DNA from: an uncultured Gammaproteobacteria bacterium
GTDB lineage: Bacteria; Patescibacteriota; Microgenomatia; Levybacterales; UBA12049
Direction: 5' to 3'
NCBI GenBank assembly: GCA_964533055.1
Contig: CAZHKZ010000003.1
Span: 2,483 to 66,482 of the forward strand
DNA length: 64,000 nt
This document shows positions 60,779 to 64,000 of the stretch, one piece after another. Numbering within the stretch: position 1 is the first letter of the stretch; each line of letters opens with the position of its first letter. Position numbers and translations under genes: made by a program. Under the pieces are notes generated by a model that saw only the letters and a program-made list of their open reading frames with translations, did no database searches and was not told the origin of the DNA.

Positions 60779-61155
60779 GGAAGGTAGTAAGCCAGATTCT
60801 GTTTGCCCGCTCTACTCTTTCGAGTATGGTGAGTTGATCGCAATCTATCTTATTAATGATACTAATATCATCATATATCCGCCATTTAGGCGCGATGCCC
60901 TCGCATTGTTGCTCTCGTATATAGAGAATGCGCAACGGTCGGAGGTTGCAGTGGGGAGGATTATCCGTTTCACACCTACTCGTCTCTGTTATTCTCAGAT
61001 ACCGTCAATTCAGTACCTGTCCTAGCTCATGTGTGTAGGTAAATAAGCTAAGCACTAGCTATTACTAGTCGGAGCTTACGCCCCGTCCCCAATATACGTC
61101 TGTCTGGACTTTCCTCTACATTCATATAATTGAACGTAGTAGCGATCCACCTTCC
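60779..61155 (-). ncRNA. rnpB: RNase P RNA (bacterial type), minus strand
   Basis: The reverse complement has the P4 5'-strand GUAGAGGAAAGUCCAGAC, GUGUGAAACGG (the GGUGAAAcGG J11/12 region) and the P4 3'-strand ACAGAAUCUGGCUUAC. P1 pairs GGAAGGUGG at the 5' end with ACCUUCC at the 3' end. About 377 nt. Confidence 0.7.
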
Positions 61156-61199
61156 TAACTAGATGATTATAAGTAAATAAATACTATAAGTCAAATTGC

Positions 61200-64000
61200 C
61201 TAGCTCGAATTGCAGATCATTGAATACTCACAGTTTCTGCAGAGAATTCCTCGGCTGCATTCAAAATTACTTTGAGATATCTCCTTTATGCTAGCTATAA
61301 TTTTTTCCTTAGCTGCAGCAAGATCCTCGTTGGATCTTTTTGTTGAAAATGTTTTGCCAAGTTCAAGATAAATAAGCGATAATGTTACGTCTTGAGGGTT
61401 CTTGTTAAGGATTTCAGATTTTACCTCATTTGCAGCAAGCGCATAAAATGTCAGTTGAAAGTCGTCTTTTAATTTCTTTTCATCAGGTGCATTCGGTCCA
61501 GTTTTGTAATCAATTACTTCTATCTCACCGCTAGGTAGTTGGTCAATTCTATCAATTCGCCCACCAACCTTTACTTTATCAAGCCAGAACTGAAAAGGGA
61601 CTTCGATCCCAATAGTATTTGGCCTTGAATCAAGCGTATTTTGCGCATAGGATACAAGCATCTTTGATGCTTGCTCATAAGCCTTTTCCTCATGTGATTT
61701 ACTAGAATAGCCCTTATTGATCCAGTTCTTCTTAAGCATTTCAATAATCGATGGAGCTTTAATATCACCTGTTGTCGTTGTAGATGCCAAGGCGAAAAAG
61801 AAGTCTCGTAGAGCGCTATGAACGCTTACGCCGTAGCTTAAAGCAGGAGAAGGTGCTGATGGAACATTAAGGATGTAGCGAAGTTTGTAGTGAAGTGGAC
61901 AGACATCAAATGTTTGAATCTGAGAATAGGAGATATAAGTGATTGGTTTGGGAATTCTACCTGCCTCAATTTCTAGATCGAGAGATTTATGCGCTGTCGC
62001 ATCATTGGCAATCTCAAGAAGCGAAAGTTGAGAAGTATCTTTTGTTTGGTTTTTTCTTTCAATTACTCTAGTGACTGCCTCACTCCCTAGTACCTCGGTG
62101 ATAAATGGCGATAATTTTCTTTCTCTTTTTCCGCCTGGATAGAGAAGAGCTGCGGTGAGAAAGAGATAGGATTTAGCTCGAGTCATTGCAACATAAAAAA
62201 GCCGTCTTTCTTCCTGAAGATTCTCATCTCCTTCTGGTAGATCTTCTCGGATGAGTTCCTGTGGAACTGGAATCTGCTCCTTACGATCCCTACCGGGAAA
62301 TCGCTGCGTTACAAGGCTCACAACAAATACAACTGGGAATTCGAGTCCCTTACTTGAATGCACCGTGAGGATATTAACTGCGTCAATACTATTTGTATCA
62401 ATGTTTGATGCTGATGGACTTTCTCCCATCTCAATTGCCATATCAAGCCAATCAACAGCTGCAAAAACAGAAGCATCTTTTTGTGAATTAGAAAATGTTG
62501 TAAGTCTATTGAAAAATGATGCAACGTTCTCTGCCTGTGCTTCAGTTTGAAGTGTCTTTGGGTCAAGATAGTATGCTAAAAGGCCCGAGGTCTCAAAAAA
62601 AGAATAAAGTATCTGGCCAACGTCTAATTTGGGCAACATTTGCATATGAGTTTTAAGAAGGTGGAGTACTTTTTTGGTTTTTACATGCCCGTCTTTTGTG
62701 AGAGGAAGAGATTCATGTCCTTCAAGTGCTTGAAAAAGTGTGAGGTTCTCGGACTTTGTGTATGTAAGTAGCATTGTGATATCTCTTGCATCAAGATCGA
62801 AAATTGGCATTGTACAAACTCTATATAGGGATGAGTTGTCGTCAAAATTTATGAGTGCGTGAAGAAAGGCAATAAGATCCTTTATCTCGGTTTGTTCATA
62901 GAGCTTTGTTGGACCAAGAAATTGATACTCAATCTGTGCTCTGTCAAGGGTTCTTTGAAAAGGAGTAGCGTGATCGTTTGCTCTAACAAGAATCGCAAAA
63001 TCTCGATTTGCATATCCTTTACTTTTTTTTAGTTCAATAATTTTTTTAACAATTTTATCCGCCTCATCATCGCCAGTTTTAGCGAGAATAAGCTCTATGT
63101 TATTTTCATCTGTCTTTATCATCGATTCGAGCTTTTTATTAATACCCTCTTTTATTTCAAGTCTATATGGATTGTTATTTTGAATTAGTTTGTATGCCCC
63201 ATCGAGGATCATCTGACTTGAACGATAATTTTTTGTTAGAGATACCACCTTCGCATCGGGGAAGTGCGATCTAAATTGGAGCATGTTAGAGAGCGCTGCG
63301 CCCCTCCATCTGTAGATGCTTTGATCATCATCCCCAACAACTGTAATATTTTTCTCCTCACCGCTTAATAAAATGGCAAGTTCATTTTGCGCATAGTTAG
63401 TATCCTGGAATTCATCAACAAGGATGAACTTAAATTTTTCTTGATACTTCCTAAGGATGTGAGGTCTTTCTCTTAATAACTTTAGAGAGTTGGAAATAAG
63501 ATCAGAAAAATCCATCACATCGTTCTGCGCTTTTAATTTTTCATAAAGTACATATGCCTGAGATAGCTCTTCTATTTTTTTACTTTCATCAGGAAGTGCT
63601 GTTGAGTCTTTGGAAAATTTCTTAGAGAAACTAAGGTAGCTATCGGGAGATATGTCGTCATCTTTAAGTCGGCTGAAGTGCTGGACTAATCCTTGAAGAA
63701 ATTTGGTGGGATTTCCTAGCGGTGTAAAGTATGTCAGATTAAGTGCGAATAAATTCTTTTTGAGAAATAAAAGCGATTGAGCCTCTGTCATTAGTTGATA
63801 GGTTGGACTAAGTCCGATATGAATGGCATTTTCTCGAAGAAGTCTATCGCAGAATGCGTGAAATGTCTCAATCCACATATCTGCATATCCATAAGGCATG
63901 ATCTCATCAACTCTTGTTTGCATTTCTGCGGCAGCTTTTTCTGTGAATGTGAGAGAGAGGATATTGGAAGGGGAAACGTTTTTTTCTAAGATGAGATGTT
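61200..64000 (-). CDS. UvrD-family helicase fused to C-terminal PD-(D/E)xK nuclease with Cys cluster (AddA/Cas4-like), 5'-partial
   Basis: Helicase motifs TFTEKAAAEM, TFHAFCDRLL, DEFQDT, VGDDDQSIYRWRGA, TKNYRS, VHSSKGLEFP. Nuclease motifs IDRIDQ...EVIDYKTG and CSRGILCRNCEYSMIC. The reading frame is open to the window edge, and Walker A lies beyond 64000. Confidence 0.75.
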   Translation of the reverse strand, partial: HLILEKNVSPSNILSLTFTEKAAAEMQTRVDEIMPYGYADMWIETFHAFCDRLLRENAIHIGLSPTYQLMTEAQSLLFLKKNLFALNLTYFTPLGNPTKFLQGLVQHFSRLKDDDISPDSYLSFSKKFSKDSTALPDESKKIEELSQAYVLYEKLKAQNDVMDFSDLISNSLKLLRERPHILRKYQEKFKFILVDEFQDTNYAQNELAILLSGEEKNITVVGDDDQSIYRWRGAALSNMLQFRSHFPDAKVVSLTKNYRSSQMILDGAYKLIQNNNPYRLEIKEGINKKLESMIKTDENNIELILAKTGDDEADKIVKKIIELKKSKGYANRDFAILVRANDHATPFQRTLDRAQIEYQFLGPTKLYEQTEIKDLIAFLHALINFDDNSSLYRVCTMPIFDLDARDITMLLTYTKSENLTLFQALEGHESLPLTKDGHVKTKKVLHLLKTHMQMLPKLDVGQILYSFFETSGLLAYYLDPKTLQTEAQAENVASFFNRLTTFSNSQKDASVFAAVDWLDMAIEMGESPSASNIDTNSIDAVNILTVHSSKGLEFPVVFVVSLVTQRFPGRDRKEQIPVPQELIREDLPEGDENLQEERRLFYVAMTRAKSYLFLTAALLYPGGKRERKLSPFITEVLGSEAVTRVIERKNQTKDTSQLSLLEIANDATAHKSLDLEIEAGRIPKPITYISYSQIQTFDVCPLHYKLRYILNVPSAPSPALSYGVSVHSALRDFFFALASTTTTGDIKAPSIIEMLKKNWINKGYSSKSHEEKAYEQASKMLVSYAQNTLDSRPNTIGIEVPFQFWLDKVKVGGRIDRIDQLPSGEIEVIDYKTGPNAPDEKKLKDDFQLTFYALAANEVKSEILNKNPQDVTLSLIYLELGKTFSTKRSNEDLAAAKEKIIASIKEISQSNFECSRGILCRNCEYSMICNSS

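Noticed and set aside
60627-61025. Two ORFs, 60627..60935 on the minus strand and 60834..61025 on the plus strand.
   Set aside because: They fall inside the RNase P RNA gene identified by its conserved P4 and J11/12 elements.
60779-61155. tmRNA hypothesis, suggested by the GGGGACGGGGCG on the minus strand.
   Set aside because: The 3' region has no tRNA-like T-arm (GGUUCGAnUCC) and no tag-peptide reading frame, whereas the RNase P P4 strands are both present.
1-64000. Search for mobile elements, integrases, transposases or CRISPR arrays.
   Set aside because: I saw no transposase or integrase motifs, no regularly spaced direct repeats, and no terminal inverted repeats flanking insertions. The fusA-tuf insertion has no recognisable mobility gene.

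Overview
This is a densely coded 64 kb window of about 40% GC, read on both strands. Its core is a near-complete ribosomal-protein superoperon, with S10, spc and alpha blocks fused into one: tuf, rpsJ, rplC-D-W-B, rpsS, rplV, rpsC, rplP, rpmC, rpsQ, rplN-X-E, rpsN (type Z), rpsH, rplF-R, rpsE, rplO, secY, adk, cmk, map, infA, rpmJ, rpsM-K-D, rpoA, rplQ, rplM, rpsI. The operon layout departs from the usual in several ways. rpmD (L30) is missing between rpsE and rplO. cmk sits between adk and map. rplM-rpsI follow rplQ directly. Five genes (ddl, a two-subunit ATP-citrate lyase, a hypothetical protein and a GH18 hydrolase) are wedged between fusA and tuf. Together with small proteins and several r-proteins carrying terminal extensions, this suggests a reduced-genome bacterium of the Candidate Phyla Radiation / Patescibacteria type; that is an inference from gene content. 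Upstream, a roughly 11 kb minus-strand cluster joins a type IV pilus PilN/PilO-like pair, two membrane-anchored surface proteins and an envelope glycosylation set. The glycosylation set is two paralogous GT-C transferases, a Rossmann FAD oxidoreductase, an SDR epimerase, a HAD hydrolase and a large polytopic membrane protein, with an LCP ligase, FemAB, tpiA, a UvrD-like helicase, RNase HI and truB nearby. Downstream are obg, an ABC exporter, a triple zinc-ribbon repeat protein behind a consensus promoter, hflX, an FKBP isomerase, an RlmI-like methyltransferase, a tRNA-Pro(GGG), recA-recX-rny, HU, an RNase P RNA (rnpB) that the ORF track misses, and a 5'-partial UvrD-type helicase fused to a Cas4-like PD-(D/E)xK Fe-S nuclease. 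I found no CRISPR array, transposase or integrase.
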